64,000 nucleotides of DNA from a bacterium (GTDB taxonomy: Bacteria > Chloroflexota > Dormibacteria > Aeolococcales > Bog-877), in the NCBI GenBank assembly GCA_021795235.1, contig JAJYPP010000006.1:3333-67332 (forward strand), given 5' to 3'. The notes under the pieces were generated by a model, which worked only from the letters and a program-made list of their open reading frames with translations, had not been told where the DNA came from and made no database searches. This document shows positions 36,938 through 47,050 of this stretch, in pieces (positions within the stretch are counted from its first letter, which is position 1; every line of letters begins with the position of its first letter). The translations under genes and the position numbers were made by a program.

Positions 36938-38009
36938 GCCAGCCCTCCTCGCTTGTCCGCGCCGGATGTGGGTCACCGCTCGGGCTCCGGGGCAGGTATC
37001 TGGCCCTGCCGCCATCCACCTCGGTCCCCAGCCGTCCCTGGTCAGCCAGCACTCGCAGGTGGGCCTCAGACTCGAAGACCGCCAGCATCTGGTTGAAAGG
37101 ATCGAGGTCGGAGAACCGCGTGCGCCTTCTGGTCCAGGGCAGGGCTCCCGCCACGTCGCGAGCGCTGCTGCCGTGGGCGCCAACCGCCTGAAGGCAGCTC
37201 TTGAGCCGATCCCGGTGGTGGTCGAGGAGCTCGTCCACGCGGCCCGCGAGCCCGCTGAAAGCTGGCCCGTGGGCGGGCAGCACCAATTCCGCGGGTAGGT
37301 CCCGCACCCGCTCCAGGGAGTCCATGAAGCTCGCCAGGGGGCTGTCATGGAGCGGTAGCTCAACCCCTAGGGAGGGAGTGATGTGGGGGAGCACGTGGTC
37401 GCCGGAGAACAGGAGCGACCGCGCCTCGTCGAGCAGGCAGAGATGGCCTCTGGTGTGGCCCGGGGTGGCGACTACCCTGAGCTCAAAATCGCCCAAGGAG
37501 ACCAACTCGTTTCCCACCAGGTAGAAGTCGGGTCGGGGCGGCAGCCAGGGGCTGTCCTCAGTGGACCGGCGCAAGTTGACAAGCCGGGCGACCACATCCT
37601 CGGCGGAGCAGCGTCGCAGCCGCTCGAGGGAGGACTCCCGGGCGCTGGCGGGGTCTTGGGCGAAGGCGACCTCAGTGTCCCGATCCCCAATCCCCAGGGT
37701 CAACCAGGCTCCCGACTCGTCACGCACCCAGCCGGCCAGGCCCAGGTGGTCGGTGTGGACGTGAGTGGCGAAGATGCCCACGATTGACCCCGTGGTCGCT
37801 CCCAGCCGCTGGAGTGCCGCCAGCAGCCCTTCCCGGCTCTCCTGGCGGTCCCAGCCGCAGTCGATCAGGAGGAAGCCGCCCGCGGCCTCCACCAGGTAGG
37901 CGTTGACCGCCCGCAGCGCGTCGCCGGGAAGCGGCAGAGGGCAGCGGAACACCCCGGCCGTGACCTCCTCCAGGCCGGGCTCGGCCCAGCGGTAACGCTC
38001 GTCAGCCAA
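36930..38009 (-). CDS. MBL-fold metallo-hydrolase
   Basis: NAYLVEAAGGFLLIDCG and IFATHVHTDHLGLAGW (HxHxDH). 8-nt overlap with the ALDH start. Confidence 0.8.
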   Translation of the reverse strand: MADERYRWAEPGLEEVTAGVFRCPLPLPGDALRAVNAYLVEAAGGFLLIDCGWDRQESREGLLAALQRLGATTGSIVGIFATHVHTDHLGLAGWVRDESGAWLTLGIGDRDTEVAFAQDPASARESSLERLRRCSAEDVVARLVNLRRSTEDSPWLPPRPDFYLVGNELVSLGDFELRVVATPGHTRGHLCLLDEARSLLFSGDHVLPHITPSLGVELPLHDSPLASFMDSLERVRDLPAELVLPAHGPAFSGLAGRVDELLDHHRDRLKSCLQAVGAHGSSARDVAGALPWTRRRTRFSDLDPFNQMLAVFESEAHLRVLADQGRLGTEVDGGRARYLPRSPSGDPHPARTSEEGWHG

Positions 38010-38859
38010 CCGGGTCAGCCGGAGCGGGTTGGGGATCTTGGGTCATGATCAGCCGGCTCACCTGGGCCAGGTCGACGGGGAGGTGGCTGCGGATCTGCAG
38101 CTGGCAGATCATCTGGCCGCCCTCCTGGGCCTGCAGGCGCACCGGGTGCAGGTTCACAGACTCGCCCGGGCGCAGGTGGAGGTGGCGCTCCAACCTCAGA
38201 CTGAGCTGGGTGAGCGAGGTCTCGGGCGCGAGCTGCAGCTCGATATCGATCTGCAGCGGGACGTGGGTCACGGTCAGGGCCGCCATCAGGACGCCACTGT
38301 TGGGGATCCTGACCGGCCTTCCGCCCACGTCGAGGGTGGTGTAGACGACGCCCACGTGAGTCACTATCCCCGAGTACTCCATGCCGCTGAACAGATAGGT
38401 CCGGATGTGAACCCAGTTCCCGACCACGAACGGGCGAGCGGTCAGCAGCACCAGGCCGGCGAAAACGCTGCCGAGAGAGGTCTGAGCCGCGACCCCGACC
38501 ACCACGCCGATGATCGCGCCGGCGGCCAGCAGGCCGGTGAGGTTGATGTCCAGGGCTGAGAGGACGCCCAGGCCCAGGATCACGTACAGGCACCAGGTGG
38601 CGACCGGCCGCCAGGCGTAGAGTCCGGTCCCCTTGAGGTGGAAGAAGACCCGGGACAAGAAGGCGCGGATGGCGAGCCCCCCCAGCACCACCGCCACCAC
38701 GAAGATCGCGAACTGAACCACCAGCTGGTCCGCTCGAGGCACCAGCCCGAGGATCTCGGGCCGCACCGCGAACAGCGCCGCCAGGGCGGCGGCGGAGATC
38801 GCCGCGGTCAGCCAGGTGCCGTGGCCCTCGGTCTGGGGCGCCCGGGGATGGCTCAGCAT
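38002..38859 (-). CDS. Small-conductance mechanosensitive channel (MscS family)
   Basis: AAGAIIGVVVGVAAQTSLGSVFAGLVLLTARPFVVGNWV is the MscS pore-helix/beta-domain signature. Confidence 0.8.
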   Translation of the reverse strand: MLSHPRAPQTEGHGTWLTAAISAAALAALFAVRPEILGLVPRADQLVVQFAIFVVAVVLGGLAIRAFLSRVFFHLKGTGLYAWRPVATWCLYVILGLGVLSALDINLTGLLAAGAIIGVVVGVAAQTSLGSVFAGLVLLTARPFVVGNWVHIRTYLFSGMEYSGIVTHVGVVYTTLDVGGRPVRIPNSGVLMAALTVTHVPLQIDIELQLAPETSLTQLSLRLERHLHLRPGESVNLHPVRLQAQEGGQMICQLQIRSHLPVDLAQVSRLIMTQDPQPAPADPVG

Positions 38860-39174
38860 CGGCCAATACTCCCAGAGCGGTGGCTAAGAGCGCTGGCCAA
38901 AGTCGGCGAATCAGCGTCTCTGGTTGCTTGCGCATAGTTGGGCAGCGGGGTGATCTCAAGTCCGTCGCCGGACTCTCCAATGGAACCCACCACCGTGCCT
39001 TGCCGGGCCGCCGAAACCGTTCGTGCTCCCACTTCGCCGTTGGGCGTCAAGTGGGTTCCCTCCGGACGCTGGGACACCGGATCTCTGTCCGGTGTGGCGG
39101 GAGCCGGGCTCGTCAAGCGGACCCGGTGAACATCAGTATGCACAACCTGCCTTGGCAAAGGCGTTATCTGCGAC

Positions 39175-40701
39175 TTACCCTTCGGCCGTGAGGGTGGGGT
39201 CGCTGTTGAGTTGGGTCTGGCCCCGGAGCGCCGCCAGCACCGCCGCGGCCAAAGCGATCACGATCAGGAAGATGGCCGAGGCCACCAGTCCCGCTGTGGA
39301 CGCGGCGGCGGTCTGCTTGTGGGAGGCGCTGGTGCCGGCGGCCAGACCGTACATGACTCCCACCAGCGCCACTCCCAATGAGGTGCCCATCCCTCTGGTC
39401 ATGTTGAGGATGCCGCTGGCCATCCCGGAGTGTTGCTTGGGGGCTGAGCCCATGATGGCGGCGTTGTTGGGCGGGGTGAACATGCCCAGTCCGATCCCGC
39501 TGACGACCAGTTCGATCAGCAGCACCGGCCCGGTGGCCGGGTGAACCGCTATCGCCGCCATGCTGAGAGCCACCAGGATCATCCCCCCGACGGTGAGGGG
39601 CTGGGCCCCGATCCTATCGGCGAGGTTGCCGGCGAAGGGTGCGGTTATCCCCAGAGCCAGCGGCAGCAGCAGCAGCTCGGCCCCCGCCTGGCCCGGGTTC
39701 TGGTGCCCAGCGAAGTGAAGGTAGAAGGGGAGCACGAACAGGATCCCGAACAGGGCCAGGTAGGAGAGGAGCCCGGACGAGATGCCGGCCGAGAACTGCA
39801 CGATCTTGAAGATGGCCAGGCTCATCATCGGCGCCTTGATCGCCAGCTCGCGGTGGATGAACAGCGCCCCGAAGATGATGGTGGCAGCGAAATAGAGCAG
39901 GATCTGGGGCGACAGCCAGCCCGTCTCGTTGCCGAACGACACCGCCAGCAGCAGCCCGGAGATGGCGGCGGTGAAGTAGCCGATCCCGAGCCAGTCAACC
40001 GGCTCGCGGTCGGCGAGGTGGCTGCTCCTGGGGAGCAGGAACCACCCCAGGGCCATCCCCAGGATCCCGGCCGGCACATTGACGAAGAAGATGAGCCGCC
40101 AGCCGCCGAGCACTATCAGGAATCCGCCCAAAGCCGGTCCCAAGGAGAGCCCCAGGGCCTGGGCGGCGCCCTGGACTCCGATCCCCCGGCCCAATTTCTC
40201 CCTGGGCATGGCCTGGACGATCAGGGCCACGCTGTTGGCCTGGAGCATGGCCGCGCCGAAGCCCTGGAGGACCCGAAAGACGATCAGGAGCTCCAGATCG
40301 GGGGCCAGACCGCACAGGGCGGTGCCGATGATGAAGATGCCGAACCCGTAGACGTACAGCAGCTTGCGGCCCACCATGTCGGCGAAGCGCCCGACCGCGG
40401 TCACCATCGCCACCAGCACCAGCAGGTAGGCCAGAGAGACCCACTCCACGGCGCCCAGGGTGGTGTGAAAGCTCTGGTAGAGCTTGGGCAGGGCCAGCAC
40501 CACGATGCTGGCGTCCAGCTGGCCCATGAAGGCGCCTACACAGACCGTCCCCACCACGTACCAGTGGGCGTTGGGCTTGTTGGCGATCCAAGCTGGGCGC
40601 CGCGACTCGACCAGCAGCCTGCGCCAGCCGGCTGCGACCGCAGGTGCTTTGGATTCCGCAGTCCCCATCGACACTGAATATATCGGCTTTGTCCGGTCCA
40701 A
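39175..40701 (-). CDS. MFS transporter, DHA2 (EmrB/QacA-like, 14 TM)
   Basis: VGAFMGQLDASIVVLALP, GRFADMVGRKLLY and LQGFGAAMLQANSVALI are typical DHA2 motifs. Confidence 0.85.
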   Translation of the reverse strand: MDRTKPIYSVSMGTAESKAPAVAAGWRRLLVESRRPAWIANKPNAHWYVVGTVCVGAFMGQLDASIVVLALPKLYQSFHTTLGAVEWVSLAYLLVLVAMVTAVGRFADMVGRKLLYVYGFGIFIIGTALCGLAPDLELLIVFRVLQGFGAAMLQANSVALIVQAMPREKLGRGIGVQGAAQALGLSLGPALGGFLIVLGGWRLIFFVNVPAGILGMALGWFLLPRSSHLADREPVDWLGIGYFTAAISGLLLAVSFGNETGWLSPQILLYFAATIIFGALFIHRELAIKAPMMSLAIFKIVQFSAGISSGLLSYLALFGILFVLPFYLHFAGHQNPGQAGAELLLLPLALGITAPFAGNLADRIGAQPLTVGGMILVALSMAAIAVHPATGPVLLIELVVSGIGLGMFTPPNNAAIMGSAPKQHSGMASGILNMTRGMGTSLGVALVGVMYGLAAGTSASHKQTAAASTAGLVASAIFLIVIALAAAVLAALRGQTQLNSDPTLTAEG

Positions 40702-40818
40702 CCGCCAGCCGGAGGTCGCGACTGGGCCGTGGCCGGAACACGAAAGGGCCCGCCCGGCGAACCGGGCGGGCCCCCAGGGCCGCCTTCCAGGCAGCGGCCC
40801 TCAGGATCTGGGTAGGGT

Positions 40819-42753
40819 TCAGCCTCCGGGTGGAACCGGGCTCGGAGCCGGGCCGCCGGCGGCCTGCGGGGTGGGCCCCGCCTGGCCGATCGGACCCTGT
40901 GCGACCAGACCGGAACCGGAGAGCACGATCGCCGCGATCTCCTCCGTCTCGTAGCCGCTGTGGACAGCCCAGCCGTAGGCCAGCAGGCTGACCATGATCA
41001 CGACCAGGATGTCAGCCGGGAAGGGGATCCCGATCGTCTTGGGCGCCCCCACGGTGCCGGCCGCCCCATAGGCTCCGTAGTAGGAGATGGCGAACATCGC
41101 CAGCAGGAAGAAGATCAGCCACCAGGTGCTGCTGACCGCCTTGCGCCCCTCCTCATTGCAGAGGTACCAGAGGACCCCGGTGAATCCGCCGACCATGCAG
41201 ATCGTGACGAAGTAGAAGACCCCGAACTGGGGATGGGGAATTGTCGCCGGGCTGGCCGTCAGGGCGTAGCCGCCCCAGCGCTGGACGATGATCCAGAGCA
41301 CCAGGAAGACGAGCCCCAGCACACCCCCTGAGGCCGGGTGTATCCAGCCCCGCGTTGGAGCGTAGAACCAGACGAAGATCGGCAGTGCGACGAACACCCC
41401 GGCGAACACGATGGCCAGGGTGAAGAAGCCCGCCCAGTAGACGATGAGGGCGGCCCCGAGGAACCCGATGGGGGCCAGGATCTCAGCTCCCCAGAGTCGG
41501 AACGGCCGGGTCAGAGAGCCGGCCGTGCGCCGCAGGATGGGCAGGCCGATCCCACCCATGATGTACGTCAACACGGTCGCCGAGCTGATGATCCCCACCA
41601 GCTCGTACCAGCTGGGGAGGGGAAGGAAGAAGAGGCAGCCGACCACGGTCGATGCGACCAGGGCCAGCCAGGGGATCTTGTACCTGGAGGTGATTCCCTG
41701 GAACCAGTTGGGAAGGTACCCGACGACCGACATGCCGTAAACGGTCCGGCTGGAGCTGCCCAGGTAGATGTAGCCGGTGCCGGTCGGGGAGACGAAGGCG
41801 TCGATGAGCAGGATGGTCGCGAACCCGCCCAGAAGGGCAGTGCCCGAGCCCTTCATCAGGACGTAGAAGGGGGCGTCGGCGGCGGCGCTCCCGGAGGCCG
41901 CCAGCTTGGCCCAGTCGCCCACCTGGACGTGGAAGAATGCCCAGTTGATGCCGCCGGTGAAGGCCACCTGAAGCAAGACGTAGATGACCATGCCGGCCAG
42001 CACCGAGGCGATGGTGGCGATGGGCACGTCGCGCTGGGGGTTTCTGGCCTCTCCGCCGAAGTCCAGCGCCTGCCGGAAGCCGAGGTAGGAGAACACGATA
42101 CCGCCGCTGGCGACCGCGCCCAGGACGGGCTGGGTGCCGAGAGGGAAGAACCCTCCGTAGGAGCCGAAGTTCTTGGTGTGGAGGTCGAGCACGAGCAGGA
42201 AGATGATCGTCAGCCCGGGGATGACGAACTTCCAGCCGGTGACAAACGCGTTGAACTGGCTCAGGAAACGGATGCCGACGTAGTTGATGATGAAGAACAA
42301 GATCATCAACGCGATCCCGAAGAGGATGCCTCCGGGCCACGTCAGCTCCGAACTGGAGTTCACGATGCCGTGGATGTAGGCGCTGGCGTAGGTGACGACC
42401 GCCTCCGCTTCGATGGCGGGGACCGTCACCGCGGAGAGCAGGTAGGTCCAGCCCAGGATGAAGCCGGTGTAGCCGCCGTGGGTGAGGTGCGGGTAGCGGA
42501 CGATCGCACCGCTGCGGGGCATCATGCCGGAGACCTCGGCGTAGTTGAGGGCGACGAACAGCACCAGAACGCCGCCGACGATCCACGAGATGATGGCACC
42601 CGGTCCGGCGAGCGATGCGGACGCGATCGCCGCAAACAGCCAGCCGGAGCCGATGATGCCTCCCATCGAGAGGAAGAACAGTTGCCAGACCGACATGTGC
42701 CGGTCGAGCTTTCGGTCAGACGCCTCGTAATCGGGTTTGGCTGCGACAGCCAT
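40819..42753 (-). CDS. APC-superfamily amino acid/polyamine permease with extended C-terminus
   Basis: FFLSMGGIIGSGWLF is the APC N-terminal motif. 644 aa, with extra C-terminal TM helices. Confidence 0.8.
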   Translation of the reverse strand: MAVAAKPDYEASDRKLDRHMSVWQLFFLSMGGIIGSGWLFAAIASASLAGPGAIISWIVGGVLVLFVALNYAEVSGMMPRSGAIVRYPHLTHGGYTGFILGWTYLLSAVTVPAIEAEAVVTYASAYIHGIVNSSSELTWPGGILFGIALMILFFIINYVGIRFLSQFNAFVTGWKFVIPGLTIIFLLVLDLHTKNFGSYGGFFPLGTQPVLGAVASGGIVFSYLGFRQALDFGGEARNPQRDVPIATIASVLAGMVIYVLLQVAFTGGINWAFFHVQVGDWAKLAASGSAAADAPFYVLMKGSGTALLGGFATILLIDAFVSPTGTGYIYLGSSSRTVYGMSVVGYLPNWFQGITSRYKIPWLALVASTVVGCLFFLPLPSWYELVGIISSATVLTYIMGGIGLPILRRTAGSLTRPFRLWGAEILAPIGFLGAALIVYWAGFFTLAIVFAGVFVALPIFVWFYAPTRGWIHPASGGVLGLVFLVLWIIVQRWGGYALTASPATIPHPQFGVFYFVTICMVGGFTGVLWYLCNEEGRKAVSSTWWLIFFLLAMFAISYYGAYGAAGTVGAPKTIGIPFPADILVVIMVSLLAYGWAVHSGYETEEIAAIVLSGSGLVAQGPIGQAGPTPQAAGGPAPSPVPPGG

Positions 42754-42926
42754 CTAGTGACACCTCCCTGCTGTGGCCTAAGAGGAGCGGGTCGCCTGGA
42801 ACCCTTCGCCCGCCCTCGATCCCTGTTGCGGGCAAGGTTAGGGACTCGAGGCCGGTTTGGGAAGGGGCTTGACAAACCTGCGGTCGCAGGGCAGGCGGTC
42901 CGGAGCGGTATATTCGCCCCGAATCC

Positions 42927-43334
42927 ATGAATGAGCTGGGCCCCCTGGCCGATCCCGATCAGGACTTCGAACAGCTGGCGTCCTCACTGAGGGCGGACTC
43001 CAGCGATCTCAACACCTTCCTGGAGGTTCTGGCCTCCAAGTTCGAGGGGGCGCTCCCCGGAAGAGCGCGCATCGACTATCAGGGAGGCGGCATGCTGCGC
43101 CGCAAGGCCAAGGTTGTCCGGCGGATCGCGGTCCAGCTGGGTGACGATCACTTCGAGCTGCTCCGGGATGGTGGAGCAGTGGTGGCCAAGCGGACCAAGG
43201 TTGTGCGTGGGATCGCCCTCAAGAGCGAGGAGCTGAGCCTGGACGGCTGGGTGTCGGAGCTGACCCATGCCCTGGTGCGGCAGAGCTCGGCCAGCTCGGC
43301 CGACCGCCAGGCACTCGAGCGTCTGCTAGGCTGA
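42927..43334 (+). CDS. Hypothetical protein (135 aa), first gene of the YbjQ/HDAC operon
   Basis: Soluble-looking ORF, 6 nt upstream of the next gene. No motif recognised. Confidence 0.5.
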   Translation: MNELGPLADPDQDFEQLASSLRADSSDLNTFLEVLASKFEGALPGRARIDYQGGGMLRRKAKVVRRIAVQLGDDHFELLRDGGAVVAKRTKVVRGIALKSEELSLDGWVSELTHALVRQSSASSADRQALERLLG

Positions 43335-43340
43335 GTCGAA

Positions 43341-44288
43341 GTGCGCTTCTTTCGCGGCGGAGGCGGGGACCCCCAGAGTCCGGAGGACCAGGCTCGAGCG
43401 GAGCGCAGCCGGGCGATGGTCGAGGCGGGCGGCATCCCTCTCAACGCCCAGGAGCGGATCCAGCGCCAGGCCACCGAGGGCGGCGCCTACACCTCCGACC
43501 TCTCGGTTGACGAAATGGCCGCGCTGCGCGGGGTCGGCTACCGGCCCCTGGCCATGGTTCTGGGCAGCTCCCTCTACCAGATGGGATGGATCTACACCGG
43601 CTGGAACAGTGTGGGCGGCGGTCTGGGCGGGCTGAACTACGGCAGCGTCGAGCCCCAGGAGAACACCTCCTTGACCTCGGCCCTGCTCGATGCTAGGGCG
43701 CGGGCCATCAACCGCCTCACCCTGGAGGCGCAGGGCCTGGGCGCGGAGGGCGTTGTCGGAGTCCGGCTCAAGATCAATCGGTGGGAGTGGGCCGCGGGGA
43801 TGGCGGAGTTCACCGTCATCGGCACCGCGGTCGCCAGGGACGGACAGGGCCGCCATGGCGGCCAGCCCTTCACCTCCACGCTGAGTGGCCAGGACCTGGC
43901 CAAGCTGCTGCCGACCGGCCACCGGCCCCTGCGCTTGGTGATGGGGGCCAGTGCCTACCAGGCGGTGGCCTTCTTCGGCGGAGGCTTCGGCCGGATGGGC
44001 GGCATCGGGGTCTCCAGCTGGAGCAATCAGGAGGTCGCCAGCTACACCCTGGCGCTCGCCCGAGCCCAGGACATGGCGCGCCGTCGGCTCGCCCAGGAGG
44101 CCGCCCAGGCGGCGGCGGGCGGGGTGGTCGGCGTGGAGATCGAGTCGCATATTCTGGAATTCCCGACCGGCTCGGAGACGGTCGGCGGCCGGATCGTCGA
44201 GTGGGTGATCCTGGGGACCGCGGTCTCGCCGGCTGGCGACGTCCCCAGGCTGGCGACACCCAAGATGGTCATCCCCTTGAGACCTTGA
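43341..44288 (+). CDS. Tandem double YbjQ (UPF0145/DUF74) domain protein
   Basis: Two repeats of the pattern FTS-LS..E........GY-PL--V-G...Y.....A---L--EA---GA-GVVGV.......W....-EF-V-GTAV. Confidence 0.7.
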   Translation: MRFFRGGGGDPQSPEDQARAERSRAMVEAGGIPLNAQERIQRQATEGGAYTSDLSVDEMAALRGVGYRPLAMVLGSSLYQMGWIYTGWNSVGGGLGGLNYGSVEPQENTSLTSALLDARARAINRLTLEAQGLGAEGVVGVRLKINRWEWAAGMAEFTVIGTAVARDGQGRHGGQPFTSTLSGQDLAKLLPTGHRPLRLVMGASAYQAVAFFGGGFGRMGGIGVSSWSNQEVASYTLALARAQDMARRRLAQEAAQAAAGGVVGVEIESHILEFPTGSETVGGRIVEWVILGTAVSPAGDVPRLATPKMVIPLRP

Positions 44289-44301
44289 AGGAGGCACGCG
44301 C

Positions 44302-45132
44302 ATGACCGACCAGCCAGCGCCCAGCCAGGCGGGGCAGCCGGAGATCCCCCAGGACGCGATGAACCGGCTCCGCGAAATGCGGGGCACCGAGGGGCATCGC
44401 AAGTTGTTCACCAGCGACCTGTCCATCTCCGAGTTCCTGCTGGTCAAGGAGGCCGGCTTCGAACCGGTGGGGCTGGTGGTGGGCAGCTCGATTTACCACA
44501 TCGGGTTGCAGGTCGCCAACTACGGTCAGAACCAGGAGCTGCAGGTTCTGAGTCAGGCGATGTACCAGGCCCGGGAGCTGGCCATGAGCAGGATGGAGGA
44601 GGAGGCCAATGTCCTCGGCGCCGACGGCATAGTCGGCGTCCGCCTCGATATCAACCGCTACGAGTGGGGGCAGGGGCTGGCCGAGTTCATGGCGGTCGGG
44701 ACGGCGGTCCGGAGCCAGCAGGGCAGCATGAAGACTCCCAAGGGCAAGCCCTTCACCTCCGACCTCTCCGGCCAGGACTTCTGGACCTTGCTGCAGGCGG
44801 GGTACGCGCCGCTGGCGCTGGTGATGGGCTCATGCGTCTACCACGTCGCCCACCAGGGGCTGGGGGCGTGGATGCGCAAGATGGGCCAGAACCAGGAGAT
44901 GCCCAACTTCACCCAGGCGCTCTACGACGCGCGGGAGCTCGCCATGGAACGGATGCAGACCGAGGCCGAGGAGGTCTCCGCGGAGGGAATCGTGGGCGCC
45001 CAGATCAAGGAGAGCAACCACGGCTGGGGCAGCCACGTGATCGAGTTCTTCGCGGTGGGGACGGCGGTCCGGCCCACCAAGGAGGATCACCGCATCGCTC
45101 CTCCCCAGATGGTGCTGTCGCTGGACCAGTAG
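44302..45132 (+). CDS. Tandem double YbjQ (UPF0145/DUF74) domain protein, paralog
   Basis: Same two-repeat architecture (FTSDLSISEFLL...GADGIVGVRLDINRYEW...EFMAVGTAV; FTSDLSGQDFWT...AEGIVGAQIKES...EFFAVGTAV). Confidence 0.7.
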   Translation: MTDQPAPSQAGQPEIPQDAMNRLREMRGTEGHRKLFTSDLSISEFLLVKEAGFEPVGLVVGSSIYHIGLQVANYGQNQELQVLSQAMYQARELAMSRMEEEANVLGADGIVGVRLDINRYEWGQGLAEFMAVGTAVRSQQGSMKTPKGKPFTSDLSGQDFWTLLQAGYAPLALVMGSCVYHVAHQGLGAWMRKMGQNQEMPNFTQALYDARELAMERMQTEAEEVSAEGIVGAQIKESNHGWGSHVIEFFAVGTAVRPTKEDHRIAPPQMVLSLDQ

Positions 45133-45135
45133 GAG

Positions 45136-46140
45136 TTGGCCGGGGAGTCGGTCGACCCGTCTGCGAGGGCACCGCTGGCCCTGCTCTACGACGCGACGTT
45201 CCTGGACCACTACAGCTGGGGCCACCCGGAGTCGCCGGAGCGGCTGCGGGCGATCACCGCGGCGATGGGGCGGGAACCTCGGATCCGCTCCGAGTGGTGG
45301 CGCAGCTCCCCCCCGGCGGACGAGGCCGACCTGGCGCTGGTGCACAAGGAACAGCACATTCGCTCCGTCCAACAGTTCGCCGGCCAGGGTGGGGGCTGGC
45401 TCGACTCCGACACCTACTGCAACCCCGGCTCGTACGAGATCGCCCTGCAGGCTGCTGGAGCCGCGAAGGCCGCGGTGCAACTCGCCTGCTCTGCCTCGGC
45501 CACCCCGGCCTTCGCCCTGGTGCGCCCCCCTGGCCACCACGCCACCCCGGATCGGGCGATGGGGTTCTGCCTCTTCAACAACGCGGCGATCGCGGTGCGT
45601 CACGCCCAACGGCGGCTTGGGGTCGAGCGCGTGGCCATCTTGGATCTGGATGTTCACCACGGCAATGGCTCCCAGGACGCCTTCTGGCGAGACGGCGACG
45701 TCCTCTACTGCTCCCTGCATCAGTCCCGGCTGTATCCCGGAACCGGCTTGCGACAGGAGCGTGGGGAAGGAGCGGGCTTTGAGAAGACCTTGAACCTGCC
45801 GCTGGCACCGAGCACGGGCAATGGTCCCTGGTTGGAGGCGTTGGAACAGGTGGCCCTGCCCGCGGTGGTGGACCACAGTCCCCAGCTGATCGTGGTCAGC
45901 TGCGGGTTCGATGCCCTGGCCACAGATCCCCTGGCCAACCTGGATCTGGACTGGCGGGCCTACGCCACCGCCATGGAGCGGGTCGGACAGGTGGCGGCTG
46001 ACTGCTGTCCGGGCCGGGTGGCCGTGATCCTCGAGGGAGGCTATGACCTGGGGCAGATGCCGCTCGCGGCCACCGCCTGCGCTCTGGCAATGGCGGGATT
46101 GGACTCCCAGCCCGGGGTGGCTGTCACGGGGCCCGCCTGA
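45136..46140 (+). CDS. Histone deacetylase-family (AcuC/Aph-like) Zn-dependent deacetylase
   Basis: RPPGHHA, DLDVHHGNGSQ and EGGYD motifs. TTG start 3 nt after the previous stop. Confidence 0.85.
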   Translation: MAGESVDPSARAPLALLYDATFLDHYSWGHPESPERLRAITAAMGREPRIRSEWWRSSPPADEADLALVHKEQHIRSVQQFAGQGGGWLDSDTYCNPGSYEIALQAAGAAKAAVQLACSASATPAFALVRPPGHHATPDRAMGFCLFNNAAIAVRHAQRRLGVERVAILDLDVHHGNGSQDAFWRDGDVLYCSLHQSRLYPGTGLRQERGEGAGFEKTLNLPLAPSTGNGPWLEALEQVALPAVVDHSPQLIVVSCGFDALATDPLANLDLDWRAYATAMERVGQVAADCCPGRVAVILEGGYDLGQMPLAATACALAMAGLDSQPGVAVTGPA

Positions 46141-46516
46141 GCGGGCCGCGATCGAGACCGGCCGAGCTGGTTCCTCCAACGGCCCGCGGATCAGCCAGGG
46201 GGAGTGGCAGATGCCCGGCCCTCTCCGGGAAACCGGAGTCGGCTCCAGCTGCGTCCCGAGTCGCTCGTCGACCACAGTTGTGGCCGCGGGTCCTGGGGGC
46301 CGTCACGGTCCAACTGCGCCTGCCGTCACTGCCAGGATGGGCCAGACCGAGTTGTGGCCGCTCCGCGTCCGGGTGACCATCCATCCCAAGTCCTCGGCGC
46401 CGCACTCGGTCCCGGTCGCACCGGGGGCCTCATGGCTCGGCAACGCAGCCCTCGGGTCCGGGGTTATGGCTAAGCAGCTGGCCAGGAGCCCGCCGCGGCC
46501 GGGCCCGCCCCGCCAC

Positions 46517-47020
46517 TCAACCCGCCAGGTGGCCCGGGGTGCCGAAGGCGTGTGCGAGCCGGGACCCGTGCCCCTCCTCGGCCGCCACGTCGCCCCCGTT
46601 GTAGAGTCGGCAACGCCGCAGTGACAGGCAGCCGCAGCCGATGCACCCACTGAGGTCGTCGCGCAGCCGTTCCAGGGCGGCGATCCTCTGGTCGAGCCGG
46701 GCTCGCCAGGCCTCCGACAGCTCCTGCCAGTCGCGGCGGTTGGGCGTTCTGCCATCAGGCAGGCTGGCCAGTGCGCTGCGGATCTCCTCCAGGGTCAAGC
46801 CGACCTGCTGAGCCGCCGCGATGAACGCCAGCCGCCGCAGGGTTGCACGCGTGAATCTACGCTGCCCACTGGCCGAGCGCTCCGCCGACAGCAATCCCCG
46901 CGCCTCGTAGAAGCGAATCGCCGAAACGGCCAAACCACTGCGTGCGGAGAGCTCGCCGATGGACAAGAGGGTGGGCAGGACGGGCACGCCGCGAATGATA
47001 CCGACGGAGATGCTTGACAT
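46517..47020 (-). CDS. soxR: Redox-sensitive MerR-family activator SoxR
   Basis: LSIGELSARSGLAVSAIRFYEARGLL HTH and the C-terminal CIGCGCLSLRRCRLYN [2Fe-2S] motif. Start uncertain (ATG 47041, ATG 47020 or GTG 46987). Confidence 0.85.
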   Translation of the reverse strand: MSSISVGIIRGVPVLPTLLSIGELSARSGLAVSAIRFYEARGLLSAERSASGQRRFTRATLRRLAFIAAAQQVGLTLEEIRSALASLPDGRTPNRRDWQELSEAWRARLDQRIAALERLRDDLSGCIGCGCLSLRRCRLYNGGDVAAEEGHGSRLAHAFGTPGHLAG

Positions 47021-47044
47021 CAAGCTAACTTGAGGTATCACGAT
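47014..47044 (+). promoter_or_regulatory. SoxR-box promoter facing the transketolase-fragment/MFS genes
   Basis: TTGACA (47014-47019) overlaps the near-palindrome CATCAAGCTAACTTGAGG (47018-47035; compare the E. coli soxS operator CCTCAAGTTAACTTGAGG). Followed by TATCAC or CACGAT as candidate -10 elements. Confidence 0.65.
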
Positions 47045-47050
47045 GGGCTC

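Noticed and set aside
38860-39174. 101-aa ORF (38853-39158, minus) in the gap between the MscS and MFS genes.
   Set aside because: No RBS, no recognisable motif, and its composition is similar to the surrounding GC-driven ORFs. Support for calling it a gene is insufficient.
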